Assembly (NCBI GenBank): GCA_041659405.1
Contig: JBAZYK010000012.1
Location: 24,750 to 56,749 of the forward strand
Origin: Candidatus Altimarinota bacterium
Lineage (GTDB): Bacteria; Patescibacteriota; Gracilibacteria; UBA1369
DNA: 32,000 bases
Direction of reading: 5' to 3'
Under the pieces are notes generated by a model. It had not been told where the DNA came from and did no database searches. It saw nothing but the letters and a program-made list of their open reading frames with translations. Of the stretch, positions 16,403 to 24,578 are shown in pieces. Every line of letters starts with the position of its first letter. The stretch's first letter is position 1. The translations under genes and the position numbers were made by a program.

Positions 16403-17651
16403 ATTGTGGCAGAAATCAGGCCAAAAACTGCACCCGCTCATCGAGGTATATACCGTCGGTGATGATTGGGAACTTGATGAAGTCCTTTTCCCTTATGATA
16501 TTCAAGCCAGCAAAGCGCATGCCGAAATGCTGAATAAAATCGGCATACTTTCCAAAAAAGAGTTGCAGGATCTTACAAAATCTTTGGATGCGCTTCAGAA
16601 AATGTTTCAAAAAGGTGAGCTGCGAATTAACATTGAAGATGAAGATTGTCACACGGTAATAGAAAATAAATTGATCGAAATGGTCGGCGAGGCGGGCAAA
16701 AAAATCCATACCGGCAGAAGCCGTAATGATCAGGTGCTTGTGGCTTTAAGGCTCTATCTGAAGGATCATTTGGGGTCCCTTGATCAAGCTGTGAAAGTTC
16801 TTGGAGACCACTTTTTTGCCATGGCAAAAAAATATCAGGATGTGCCTTTTCCGGGTTACACGCACACTCAACAGGCAATGCTTTCCAGTCTTGGTGTCTA
16901 TTTTGGATCTTTTGCGGAAGCACTTTGGGACGACGCTAATCTGCTTAAAATTATTCAGGATCATATTGATCAGAATCCTTTAGGCTCAGCCGCCGGTTAT
17001 GGCGTTGCCCTGCCACTGGATCGGGATTTTATCGCGAAAAAACTTGGCTTCAAAAAAGTACAAAACAATGCCATGTATTGCCAAAATAGCCGTGGAAAAT
17101 TTGAAAGTTTGAGCATGGAAGGCTTAGTGCAAATTATGCTTACCCTTAGCCGTTTTGCGTCTGATCTGTTGTTTTTCACCAGCAGGGAATGTGGCTATTT
17201 TTCTTTGTCCGATGCCATAGTAACCGGGTCAAGTATTATGCCTCAAAAAAGAAATTTGGATCCTCTGGAAATTTTGCGTGGAAAAACAAGTGTGGTTATG
17301 ACAAATCATGCTTTAATTCAAAACCTGGTATCGGGGCTTATTTCAGGCTATCATCGCGATTTACAACTCATCAAAAAACCACTCATTGAAAGTTTCTCCA
17401 TTCTTGAGCAAAGCGTTGCCGTTGTTGGAATCATTCTCGAAAATATCAAACCGGAAGAAGCAGTAATCGCCGGAAAAATCGCCCATGACATTTTTGCCGC
17501 AGATGTAGCCAACGAATTGGTCATTCAAAAGCAGCTACCTTTCCGTGAAGCATACAAATCAGCGCTCAAAGAACTAAAAACCAGAAAAATCGATTTGAAA
17601 AAAAATCTAAAATCCAAAATAAGCCCGGGCGGCCCCGGGAAGCCATTTTAA
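16395..17651 (+). CDS. argH: argininosuccinate lyase
   Basis: TGRSRNDQV and GSSIMPQKRNLDPLE are the fumarate-lyase signature. There is an 8-nt overlap (ATGACTAA) with argG. Confidence 0.95.
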   Translation: MTKLWQKSGQKLHPLIEVYTVGDDWELDEVLFPYDIQASKAHAEMLNKIGILSKKELQDLTKSLDALQKMFQKGELRINIEDEDCHTVIENKLIEMVGEAGKKIHTGRSRNDQVLVALRLYLKDHLGSLDQAVKVLGDHFFAMAKKYQDVPFPGYTHTQQAMLSSLGVYFGSFAEALWDDANLLKIIQDHIDQNPLGSAAGYGVALPLDRDFIAKKLGFKKVQNNAMYCQNSRGKFESLSMEGLVQIMLTLSRFASDLLFFTSRECGYFSLSDAIVTGSSIMPQKRNLDPLEILRGKTSVVMTNHALIQNLVSGLISGYHRDLQLIKKPLIESFSILEQSVAVVGIILENIKPEEAVIAGKIAHDIFAADVANELVIQKQLPFREAYKSALKELKTRKIDLKKNLKSKISPGGPGKPF

Positions 17652-17694
17652 AATCAGTAAACCTCTTTTAAATAGCATTCTTCGCAGTAAAGGC

Positions 17695-18948
17695 TTAAAA
17701 CCTACTCGCCCCACCATGAAACCTTTGAAGAACCTGCTTAATTTGATCTCGAGAAAGGCCTCTGGCTCTTGCAATTTCATCTGCATTAAGAGCAAAAGTG
17801 GCTTCGGTAAAGGTAAGTCCAATGTTTTCCAGAACTTGTAAAAGCTGATCCTTTGGAGAAACTTTCCCAAATTTTTTCTTTAATTCACTGCCGGTAAAAA
17901 GAGTGGCGTGCGCTTGAATTTCTGCAGCAGCCTGTTGGAAAGTGGTCACCACTATTGGGTCTTGGACCGTCACCACAGTGTCCATCAGCATATCTGCACG
18001 AGTCATATTTTTGGATCCAATCCATGCAGTTTTGTTATCTCTTAACAAACCTTTACCATGCCCCATTTCCGGACTTAAAAAGATTTCCAAATTTCTCGGA
18101 TCAAAACCACCGGCATTCACCAGTTGATTTAAGGCCGTCAAATTATGACCTCTATTCACAGATGGATTTTCCGGAACAATCAATTTTATTCTACATCCTT
18201 TTTGCAGAATTTTTGCCAGAGCTTGAGTAAAATCCGGATCGCCCAAATAAGCCATAAAAACGGTCAATTCATCTCTGGTTTCTTCAATGAATTTCACCAA
18301 CTCCGGCTTTAAAACTTCACCGTCCCCATGAAGAAAATTTATCCCGGAACCATCCTCTTTTGCCCCACGCGTCTCACCCGCAAGCAATTTTAAAAGCTTC
18401 AAACATTGCTCAGGATCTTCTATGCGAATGGCCATGTCATGCCAGGCGTCATTTTTTAGATGTTCATTGCCAAAATTTATCCCCGTCACCCAGGCAACTT
18501 TTCCATCAACCACGGTAACCTTGGAGTGATCATGCAAATCATCAATCAAAATATTATTGGATGGATCTGATGCAATCTCCCGCCAAAGGGGATTGTGTTC
18601 GCCATTTTCCACTTTATGCCCATATAAAGTAGATATGATCTTCCCATAAAAAGCATGAACCGGATTATCAGGCCCTTTCGGGTGGACCAAGCTTTTACCG
18701 TTCGGTTCTCCATATTCATAAACCGAAGCAGTTCGATCTTTAAGAAAAGTAAATTCTCCATTCGAAGCTAAAACAGCACGTGCAAAGCCATTCCCAAAAC
18801 TATCGTCACGCGCCAAATATGTTTTTGAAAGCACATATTTTTTGCTATCGGGAATATCCCTAAGAAGCAGCTGGTCTCTAAGCTGTCTAGGTTTATAAAG
18901 TCTAACTCCACCACTGGTTTGTTCTTGAATCGGAATTTCGGAAAGCAT
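17695..18948 (-). CDS. phospholipase D / cardiolipin-synthase-like family protein
   Basis: Two HxKxxxxD motifs: HSKVTVVDGKVAWVTGINF and HGKGLLRDNKTAWIGSKNM. Confidence 0.85.
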   Translation of the reverse strand: MLSEIPIQEQTSGGVRLYKPRQLRDQLLLRDIPDSKKYVLSKTYLARDDSFGNGFARAVLASNGEFTFLKDRTASVYEYGEPNGKSLVHPKGPDNPVHAFYGKIISTLYGHKVENGEHNPLWREIASDPSNNILIDDLHDHSKVTVVDGKVAWVTGINFGNEHLKNDAWHDMAIRIEDPEQCLKLLKLLAGETRGAKEDGSGINFLHGDGEVLKPELVKFIEETRDELTVFMAYLGDPDFTQALAKILQKGCRIKLIVPENPSVNRGHNLTALNQLVNAGGFDPRNLEIFLSPEMGHGKGLLRDNKTAWIGSKNMTRADMLMDTVVTVQDPIVVTTFQQAAAEIQAHATLFTGSELKKKFGKVSPKDQLLQVLENIGLTFTEATFALNADEIARARGLSRDQIKQVLQRFHGGASRF

Positions 18949-18963
18949 TCGCTGAAATAAAAA

Positions 18964-18990
18964 AAGCTGCGGCCTAAGGATCTTTAGGCC
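18964..18990 (-). terminator. hairpin plus T-run immediately upstream of the PLD-family start codon
   Basis: The minus strand reads GGCCTAAAGATCCTTAGGCC gcagc TTTTTTT, ending about 15 nt before the ATG at 18948. Confidence 0.35.
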
Positions 18991-19161
18991 AGTACTGGCG
19001 TTCTGTCAATCAAACGCATGGATCAAAAATAAGCATGAGTGGAGGAAAGTTTGAGCAAATTGAGGATTTTTGAATGATGGGTCTCGTGGGCCCCAGCATG
19101 AAAAAATCCGAATAGTGCGAAAACTTTCCGAAACGAATTCATTGCCCTTTTCGAAAATATT

Positions 19162-19187
19162 AAAAACCTTTTAGGGAAAAGGTTTTT
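19162..19187 (-). terminator. hairpin terminator after tRNA-Phe
   Basis: AAAAACCTTTT-aggg-AAAAGGTTTTT, 4 nt beyond the tRNA 3' end. Confidence 0.5.
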
Positions 19188-19191
19188 AACT

Positions 19192-19266
19192 TGGTGCCGA
19201 GGGCCAGAATCGGACTGGCGACGCAAGGATTTTCAATCCTTCGCTCTACCACTGAGCTACCCCGGC
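19192..19266 (-). tRNA. tRNA-Phe (anticodon GAA), CCA encoded
   Basis: The reverse complement is GCCGGGGTAGCTCAGTGGTAGAGCGAAGGATTGAAAATCCTTGCGTCGCCAGTCCGATTCTGGCCCTCGGCACCA. It forms a cloverleaf with one G-U pair in the acceptor stem. Confidence 0.95.
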
Positions 19267-19373
19267 GGGTTTTTTAACCAAAAATTGAACAGCAAAACCT
19301 TACCTGAAAAGTCCGGAAATATCAAAACAATTTGCAAAACGCGCCTATCAACGCTCCCACGCCCTACAATAAA

Positions 19374-20264
19374 TCAATTCGGATCTATCTGATCCGCCTT
19401 CTCAACTTCATATATTTCACCCTTTTTCCAGTTGGTCTGCACCGAACCTTTAACCTTTACTATAAGCGCCCCATAGTGATCACCCTGAATATCAAATTTG
19501 GGAGGTTCCTTTTGTTGTCTTTGGATGATTAGCTTGCTTCCGTGCTTGGATGTCTCATCTTTTTTAGGTAAACCAAACAAAACCAAATAAATTTCAATTC
19601 CGGGTATTTCGGCTTTTAATTGCTCTATTACACGCAATAATTGCCGGCTAAATCTGTCAGTTACCGCAATGGAAGAAGCCTCATCGGTCTGAAGATATGA
19701 AAATAAAAGTGATTTTCCTATCCTTATTTCTCCATCAAGATCCAACAGTTCAGCCAGTCGCTTAAAAAGATCCAGCATCGTTTCATCATTAATTGGCTTT
19801 CTAGGACTTTTTGCTTCAAACACCTCTTCTTTTACCAAAATCAGGTCATGCCAATCCAGATATGGATGATAAATATGATTCACATCCATTGTTGTAGTTC
19901 TTGACTTTAAACTATCAGCACTGAATTTTTGCGTATCTCGTAAAAGTTGTTGTTCCCATCTCATTTCCATGCCATCAATCTGTACGCCATGAACATAGCG
20001 GTAAGCATTTGCAATCCACTCCCTTATTTTTTCCATTTCTTTTACTAAAACCCCTATTTCACCAGGCAGCTGTTGCATTTTTTGTGCTGCTTTCGAGGCT
20101 GCTTCAATCTTAACCTGGTGTGGATTCCCCCTAACGGTCAAAGCATTCTTTCCTTCCATGTCTTCGGGCGAAACTCCGCAAGCTATGTAGTCTGTGACAT
20201 ACATTCTTAGATAATACGGTAATTCTGCAGGATATGTGTTTATATAATCTGGTATTTTTGGCAT
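19374..20264 (-). CDS. hypothetical protein
   Basis: 296-aa ATG-initiated frame with ordinary composition. No recognised motif. Confidence 0.65.
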   Translation of the reverse strand: MPKIPDYINTYPAELPYYLRMYVTDYIACGVSPEDMEGKNALTVRGNPHQVKIEAASKAAQKMQQLPGEIGVLVKEMEKIREWIANAYRYVHGVQIDGMEMRWEQQLLRDTQKFSADSLKSRTTTMDVNHIYHPYLDWHDLILVKEEVFEAKSPRKPINDETMLDLFKRLAELLDLDGEIRIGKSLLFSYLQTDEASSIAVTDRFSRQLLRVIEQLKAEIPGIEIYLVLFGLPKKDETSKHGSKLIIQRQQKEPPKFDIQGDHYGALIVKVKGSVQTNWKKGEIYEVEKADQIDPN

Positions 20265-20310
20265 AAGACAGACAATCTACAACATAAAGCACATTTTCGC
20301 AACATAAAAG

Positions 20311-20339
20311 TTGACATATCACGATTTATTTGGTAATAT
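20311..20339 (+). promoter_or_regulatory. near-consensus sigma70 promoter pointing into the gene-free gap
   Basis: TTGACA, a 17-nt spacer, then TAATAT. A TATAAT on the opposite strand (20338-20343) may serve the divergent 19374..20264 gene. Confidence 0.5.
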
Positions 20340-20407
20340 TATATGATCCTTGAAAATTAGAAGTTTGAGAGCACCCACACAGGATGCCCAAACAAATTAA
20401 GAAGATA

Positions 20408-20506
20408 GGGAGAAAGTTGTTAGAGATCACTTGTATGATGCTGAACACTATAGACAGCTCGCAGTTCCTGCGATTACATACTGATGGTCTCTGGCAGCTT
20501 TCTCCC
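20408..20506. other. long imperfect hairpin 1 (candidate structured RNA or palindromic element)
   Basis: GGGAGAAAG-ttg-TTAGAGATCA (20408-20429) pairs with TGGTCTCTGG-cag-CTTTCTCCC (20485-20506), giving 19 bp including G-U pairs. Inner helices are GTATG/CATAC and TCGCAG-ttc-CTGCGA. Confidence 0.45.
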
Positions 20507-20545
20507 TAAGCTTCTCAACGTAGAAGCCTCGCTTTAGAGTCCCCC

Positions 20546-20563
20546 AGGTTCTAATCGCGCCAG
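20546..20563 (+). repeat. upstream-box-like copy G (AGGTTCTAATCGCGCCAG)
   Basis: It shares TT-S-W-A-A-(n)-TCGCGCCA with copies F, A and B but lies on the plus strand. It is followed by T6. Confidence 0.35.
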
Positions 20564-20836
20564 TTTTTTCGTTTGGTGGGTGAAAAAAGCCAAACTTGAA
20601 GGAAATTGGAGGTAAGCTTCATTGGTCGACTTTCTCGTTTTCTTGGAAAACTTCGGTTTTTCAAAAATGTGAGTTGTCGGTAAATGAAAGAGATACTGTT
20701 TGTTCCAGCAATGGAATAAATAAGTGACTATCAAGGAAATCTTATCATTTCCAAGATGCTTATACTGCTAATATTTTGAAAGTTTAGGGAGTTCATTGAA
20801 AATTTACCGCCCGCAGCGTATAGCGGTTTGAAACCA

Positions 20837-20906
20837 GGGAGAGAGCTGCCTTCTGATTGGGCTTTGGTCACTTATTTGACCCCCAATCTCATAAGACAGC
20901 TCCCTC
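20837..20906. other. long imperfect hairpin 2, abutting the Nudix gene stop
   Basis: GGGAGAGAGCTGCCTTCTGATTGGG (20837-20861) pairs with CCCAATCTCATAAGACAGCTCCCTC (20882-20906) over about 19 bp. Its first 14 nt, GGGAGAGAGCTGCC, match 13 of 14 positions of the reverse complement of 20493-20506. Confidence 0.45.
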
Positions 20907-20907
20907 T

Positions 20908-21561
20908 TTAGTTTTTGTCGATCATGCGATATACCTCCGCCGGTTTGCCGCGGCCTTTTTTGGTTTTTAAAACCGGTGTTAAAAGTTTTTGCTCTTGGAT
21001 AAGCCGTAAAAGGTTTCTTTTATCCAGTTTTTTTCCAAGTGCAATTGTGAAAATTTTATGGAGTTCCGCCAGCGTAAATTCACCCGGTAAAAGTGGCTTA
21101 AACCAATGATAATCGGTTTCTTTTTGCTGCATAGATTTCAAAGCAGCTTTTAGCACTTCCGCATGATCAAAAGCCAAATCGGGCAAATCATTCATTGCAA
21201 ACCACTGCGCAATTTTGGCATCATCCGCGCCTTTTGGCTCAACATTTTCCGCTCTAACCAACCCGCAAAATTCAATTGAAACAACTGTACCTCTTGGATC
21301 CCGTCCCGGTTTATCAAAAACGCCAAACTGCTCAAGCTGAACGCCTTTTAAGCCTGTTTCTTCAGCCAGTTCACGCGCCGCCGATTGTTTGGTCGATTCT
21401 TCCCACTCCATAAAACCGCCAGGCAAAGCCCATTTATCTTTAAACGGATCATTTTTGCGCTCGATCAAAAGTACGTGAAGTTTATCCTCAATAATCGTAA
21501 AAATAACTGAATCTGTAGCGATTGCCGGCTTTTTTGTCCGGCGACTGAAAAAATCAATCAT
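20908..21561 (-). CDS. Nudix hydrolase with C-terminal winged-helix domain (NrtR-like architecture)
   Basis: The Nudix box is GGFMEWEESTKQSAARELAEETGL. The C-terminal section FTLAELHKIFTIALGKKLDKRNLLRLI resembles the NrtR DNA-binding domain. Confidence 0.8.
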   Translation of the reverse strand: MIDFFSRRTKKPAIATDSVIFTIIEDKLHVLLIERKNDPFKDKWALPGGFMEWEESTKQSAARELAEETGLKGVQLEQFGVFDKPGRDPRGTVVSIEFCGLVRAENVEPKGADDAKIAQWFAMNDLPDLAFDHAEVLKAALKSMQQKETDYHWFKPLLPGEFTLAELHKIFTIALGKKLDKRNLLRLIQEQKLLTPVLKTKKGRGKPAEVYRMIDKN

Positions 21562-21698
21562 TTCAAGTTAAATTAGAAAACATTTTCAAAATATGCAAAG
21601 GGTAAGTCAGAGGGGAATCGGCTTCAGCGCTTCAATAAAACCCATTTTTATGCTAAGATAATATGATTTAAAAATAAATACAAATAACCAACACAAAT

Positions 21699-22634
21699 AT
21701 GCGTTTTCTAGATTACTTCAAAAAGTCTACATATACCGTGAGCGGAGCGGAATCCTCAGATGCTCAGGAATCTCAAACAGAAGAAGAAGTTACCACCGGT
21801 ACCAAAGTAAAAATTGTTCTTGCCTTAATGGTGGTTGGCTTTGCCGGTTATGTCGCTTATTGGGTTCAGGAGCCAAGTGGTTTAAAGGCTGATGTACTCA
21901 ACGGCGGTAGCCAAGTGGTTGCGGTTGATACTCAGACAAGCCAACTTACTCAAGACACTCAGACCCAGAGCCAAGCTGCAACTCAAGCCGCAACTCAAAC
22001 ACAGACTCAAACACAGGTTCAAACCCAGGAAGTTGCCATCAGCAATTTTAGTTTTGATCCACAGACCGTCCAAATTGATAAAGGAGTTACCGTTCTTTGG
22101 ACCAATAAAGACGCTGTTCCTCATACAATTACCGGCGACAGTTTTTCAAGTGGACCTTTAAGTCCGGGTCAATCTTTTAGTTATACTTTTGCCGATGATG
22201 GCACTTTTGCTTATCACTGTTCTTTGCATCCACAAATGACCGGATCAATTATTGTTGGAACAGGTGTTTCAGCTGTCTCACAGCAAAACACACAGGCCAG
22301 TACTCAAGTTGCCCAGTCACAAACTCAGGCACCGGATGCTGCCGCTATGCAGGCCGCCGCTTCAGAACAAGCTGCCAAAGACGCGCTAGCTCAAGCCACA
22401 GCCGCTGCCGCTCTGGCCGCTGCCCAAAATCCGGAAAGTTTTTATGCAAGCGCACAAGCTCCGGGCGCAAATAATCTTCATAATGCCGCCGTCCAGCCAT
22501 TAAGCAGTTCGGTTAAAAGTTTAGTGAAGTCAACCAAGTTGGCTAACTCCGGCCCGGAAGACTACATTTATCTTGCACTTGGCGTTCTTGTCCTCTTCTT
22601 GAATCGCAAAAAATTGGCAAAAATGGGTAGATAA
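21699..22634 (+). CDS. cupredoxin (plastocyanin/amicyanin-like blue-copper) domain surface protein
   Basis: Candidate ligands are His in VPHTI, and Cys, His and Met in YHCSLHPQM. It has an N-terminal TM segment, T/Q- and A-rich linkers, and a C-terminal LANSG plus hydrophobic plus basic tail. Confidence 0.85.
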   Translation: MRFLDYFKKSTYTVSGAESSDAQESQTEEEVTTGTKVKIVLALMVVGFAGYVAYWVQEPSGLKADVLNGGSQVVAVDTQTSQLTQDTQTQSQAATQAATQTQTQTQVQTQEVAISNFSFDPQTVQIDKGVTVLWTNKDAVPHTITGDSFSSGPLSPGQSFSYTFADDGTFAYHCSLHPQMTGSIIVGTGVSAVSQQNTQASTQVAQSQTQAPDAAAMQAAASEQAAKDALAQATAAAALAAAQNPESFYASAQAPGANNLHNAAVQPLSSSVKSLVKSTKLANSGPEDYIYLALGVLVLFLNRKKLAKMGR

Positions 22635-22714
22635 GCGTATTTTCGCTTGTTCTAGAGCTACAAGAAAGGTAAACTTGCGCTGGGAAACTAGCCAAGAACT
22701 TTTTTGAATACTTT

Positions 22715-23557
22715 ATGAACTTTGTCAGTAAATGGATTGCTGATTTCATCTTTTCGGTCGGACACCAGGCTCAGGCATTTTGGGAAAATTTGACCCTGCT
22801 GAACTATTCTTTCACGCAGGTGACGATTGATATCATCCTGGTTTCCATACTTTTCTATTACCTTTTTCTGCTTCTAAAAGGCAGCCGCGCGGTTAATATT
22901 TTGCTTGGTCTTATAATCATTGTTTTGATTTTTATTTTGAGCAAAGCCCTGCAGCTGGTTACACTTGGCTGGATTTTGGATCGATTTTTTACGGTTGTGC
23001 TGGTTGCGATTCCGGTAATTTTTCAGCAGGAACTTAGAATGGCGTTGGAAAAGCTCGGCCACACCAAGTTTTCTTATAGTCAAAAGACCAAAGAAATTAA
23101 TTTAATTGTCAGCAACATTGTGGAGGCTTGCGATCAAATGGCCAAAGAAAAAGTTGGAGCTTTGCTTGTTTTTGAAAATACGATTCCCTTAAAAGAATAT
23201 GTTGAAACCGGCGTTCCGATGCAGTCAAAAATTTCCAAACCATTGATTTTGAGCATCTTTCAGACAAAATCGCCGTTGCATGATGGCGCGATTATAATCA
23301 AGGACGAGCAAATTATGGCAGCGGCCTGCCTGCTTCCTCATACTTACAAAAATTATGGACAGATTTTGGGAACACGCCACAAAGCCGCGCTTGGCCTTTC
23401 CGAAACCACCGACGCTAAAATTGTGGTTGTCTCGGAAGAAAAAGGCACAATTTCTTACGTTCAAAATGGCGAACTGGAGCGCAACATAACTTCCGCACAT
23501 CTTCAAAACATTCTCACCGAATTACTTAAACCTAAAACTAAAAAGAAGAAAATATGA
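22715..23557 (+). CDS. cdaA: diadenylate cyclase CdaA
   Basis: Three N-terminal TM segments, then the DAC domain motifs LHDGAIII and GTRHKAALGLSE. Confidence 0.9.
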   Translation: MNFVSKWIADFIFSVGHQAQAFWENLTLLNYSFTQVTIDIILVSILFYYLFLLLKGSRAVNILLGLIIIVLIFILSKALQLVTLGWILDRFFTVVLVAIPVIFQQELRMALEKLGHTKFSYSQKTKEINLIVSNIVEACDQMAKEKVGALLVFENTIPLKEYVETGVPMQSKISKPLILSIFQTKSPLHDGAIIIKDEQIMAAACLLPHTYKNYGQILGTRHKAALGLSETTDAKIVVVSEEKGTISYVQNGELERNITSAHLQNILTELLKPKTKKKKI

Positions 23558-24534
23558 AATTTTTCAACTACAATTTGCAACTAAAAATTCTTTCGGTTGT
23601 GGCGGCAACGGCACTCTGGTTTTTTGTGGTTGGAATAGAGAACACCGCGTATCGCTTTCCCCAGGATATTGATGTACATGCCATTAATTTGGATTCCAAT
23701 TTGAGCATTGCTTCCGATCTTGGCAAAGCCAAAGTTTTGGTTAATGCTCCAGCTGATGTTTTTAAAAATCTGGTAGTTGGTGATTTTAATGTTTCTGTGG
23801 ATTTAAAAAATGCCGTAGCGGGGGAATACGATTTGCCGCTTTCCGCAATCATCAAAAACGATAAAGTTTCGTTGATCAGAATCGAACCGGCCACAATCCA
23901 CATAAAACTGGAACCAATCACCAGCAAAGAAGTAAAAATTAAAGTGTTTACCACAGGCAACGCGCAGAAGGGTTACACGGTTAAAGACATGAAGTTAAGC
24001 GCTCAAACCGCGGTAATCACCGGCGCGCAAAGTTTGATTTCCAAAATAACCACTTTAAATGCCGAAGTTACGCTTGATGGCACGCAAAGTACCAATTTCA
24101 AAACCAATCTTAATTTAAAAATTGATCCATCCGGTGTTTCCGATGCTTCCAAGCTGGAAAATATTACTATCAAGCCCGACCAGGTTAGTGTTGATGTGAC
24201 CGTTACTGCGGATCAACAGCAAAAAACTGTTATTGTTAAGCCAAATCTTCAGGGCGCGCTGGAAGTTGGAAACCTCAATCAGAAAATTGAAATTAGCCCT
24301 TTAACTATTGTAGTTCAGGGCGAAGAAGCGACTCTAAATAATTTAAATTACATTGAAACCGAACAGGTCAGTATTGATCTATTAAAGAATCAAAAACCTT
24401 TAAGAGTTAATCTGATTATTCCTAAAAATATTACTTTGGTGGATCAGTCACAAAGCAGCGTAACAATCACGTTAAAGGGTGGTGCAACTCAGCAACTTTT
24501 GCCGGCGGCGCCAACCCAGCCTACCGGCCAATAA
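23554..24534 (+). CDS. cdaR: CdaA regulator CdaR (YbbR-domain protein)
   Basis: 4-nt ATGA overlap with cdaA. N-terminal TM segment followed by repeated beta-rich YbbR-like modules. Confidence 0.75.
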   Translation: MKFFNYNLQLKILSVVAATALWFFVVGIENTAYRFPQDIDVHAINLDSNLSIASDLGKAKVLVNAPADVFKNLVVGDFNVSVDLKNAVAGEYDLPLSAIIKNDKVSLIRIEPATIHIKLEPITSKEVKIKVFTTGNAQKGYTVKDMKLSAQTAVITGAQSLISKITTLNAEVTLDGTQSTNFKTNLNLKIDPSGVSDASKLENITIKPDQVSVDVTVTADQQQKTVIVKPNLQGALEVGNLNQKIEISPLTIVVQGEEATLNNLNYIETEQVSIDLLKNQKPLRVNLIIPKNITLVDQSQSSVTITLKGGATQQLLPAAPTQPTGQ

Positions 24535-24578
24535 ATAATCCCGCTTTTATTTTGTAAATCCTTAACTTCTTTTAACTC

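Noticed and set aside
19071-19090. 10-11 nt identity (GAGACCCATC) between the tRNA-Phe-adjacent spacer and copy D at 7686-7696, as a link between the two tRNA loci.
   Set aside because: Exact matches of about 10 nt are expected many times by chance in a 32-kb window read on both strands, and no flanking similarity supports the link.
20534-20734. 66-aa minus-strand ORF as the only coding candidate in the 640-bp gap.
   Set aside because: It has no start context or RBS and odd composition (His/Phe/Thr/Lys patches). It also spans several of the local hairpins. It is treated as noncoding.
21930-22030. Short periodic repeats (acacagactcaa...) as a possible CRISPR or noncoding satellite.
   Set aside because: They are in frame within the cupredoxin gene and encode the T/Q linker. 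There is no repeat-spacer architecture anywhere in the window.
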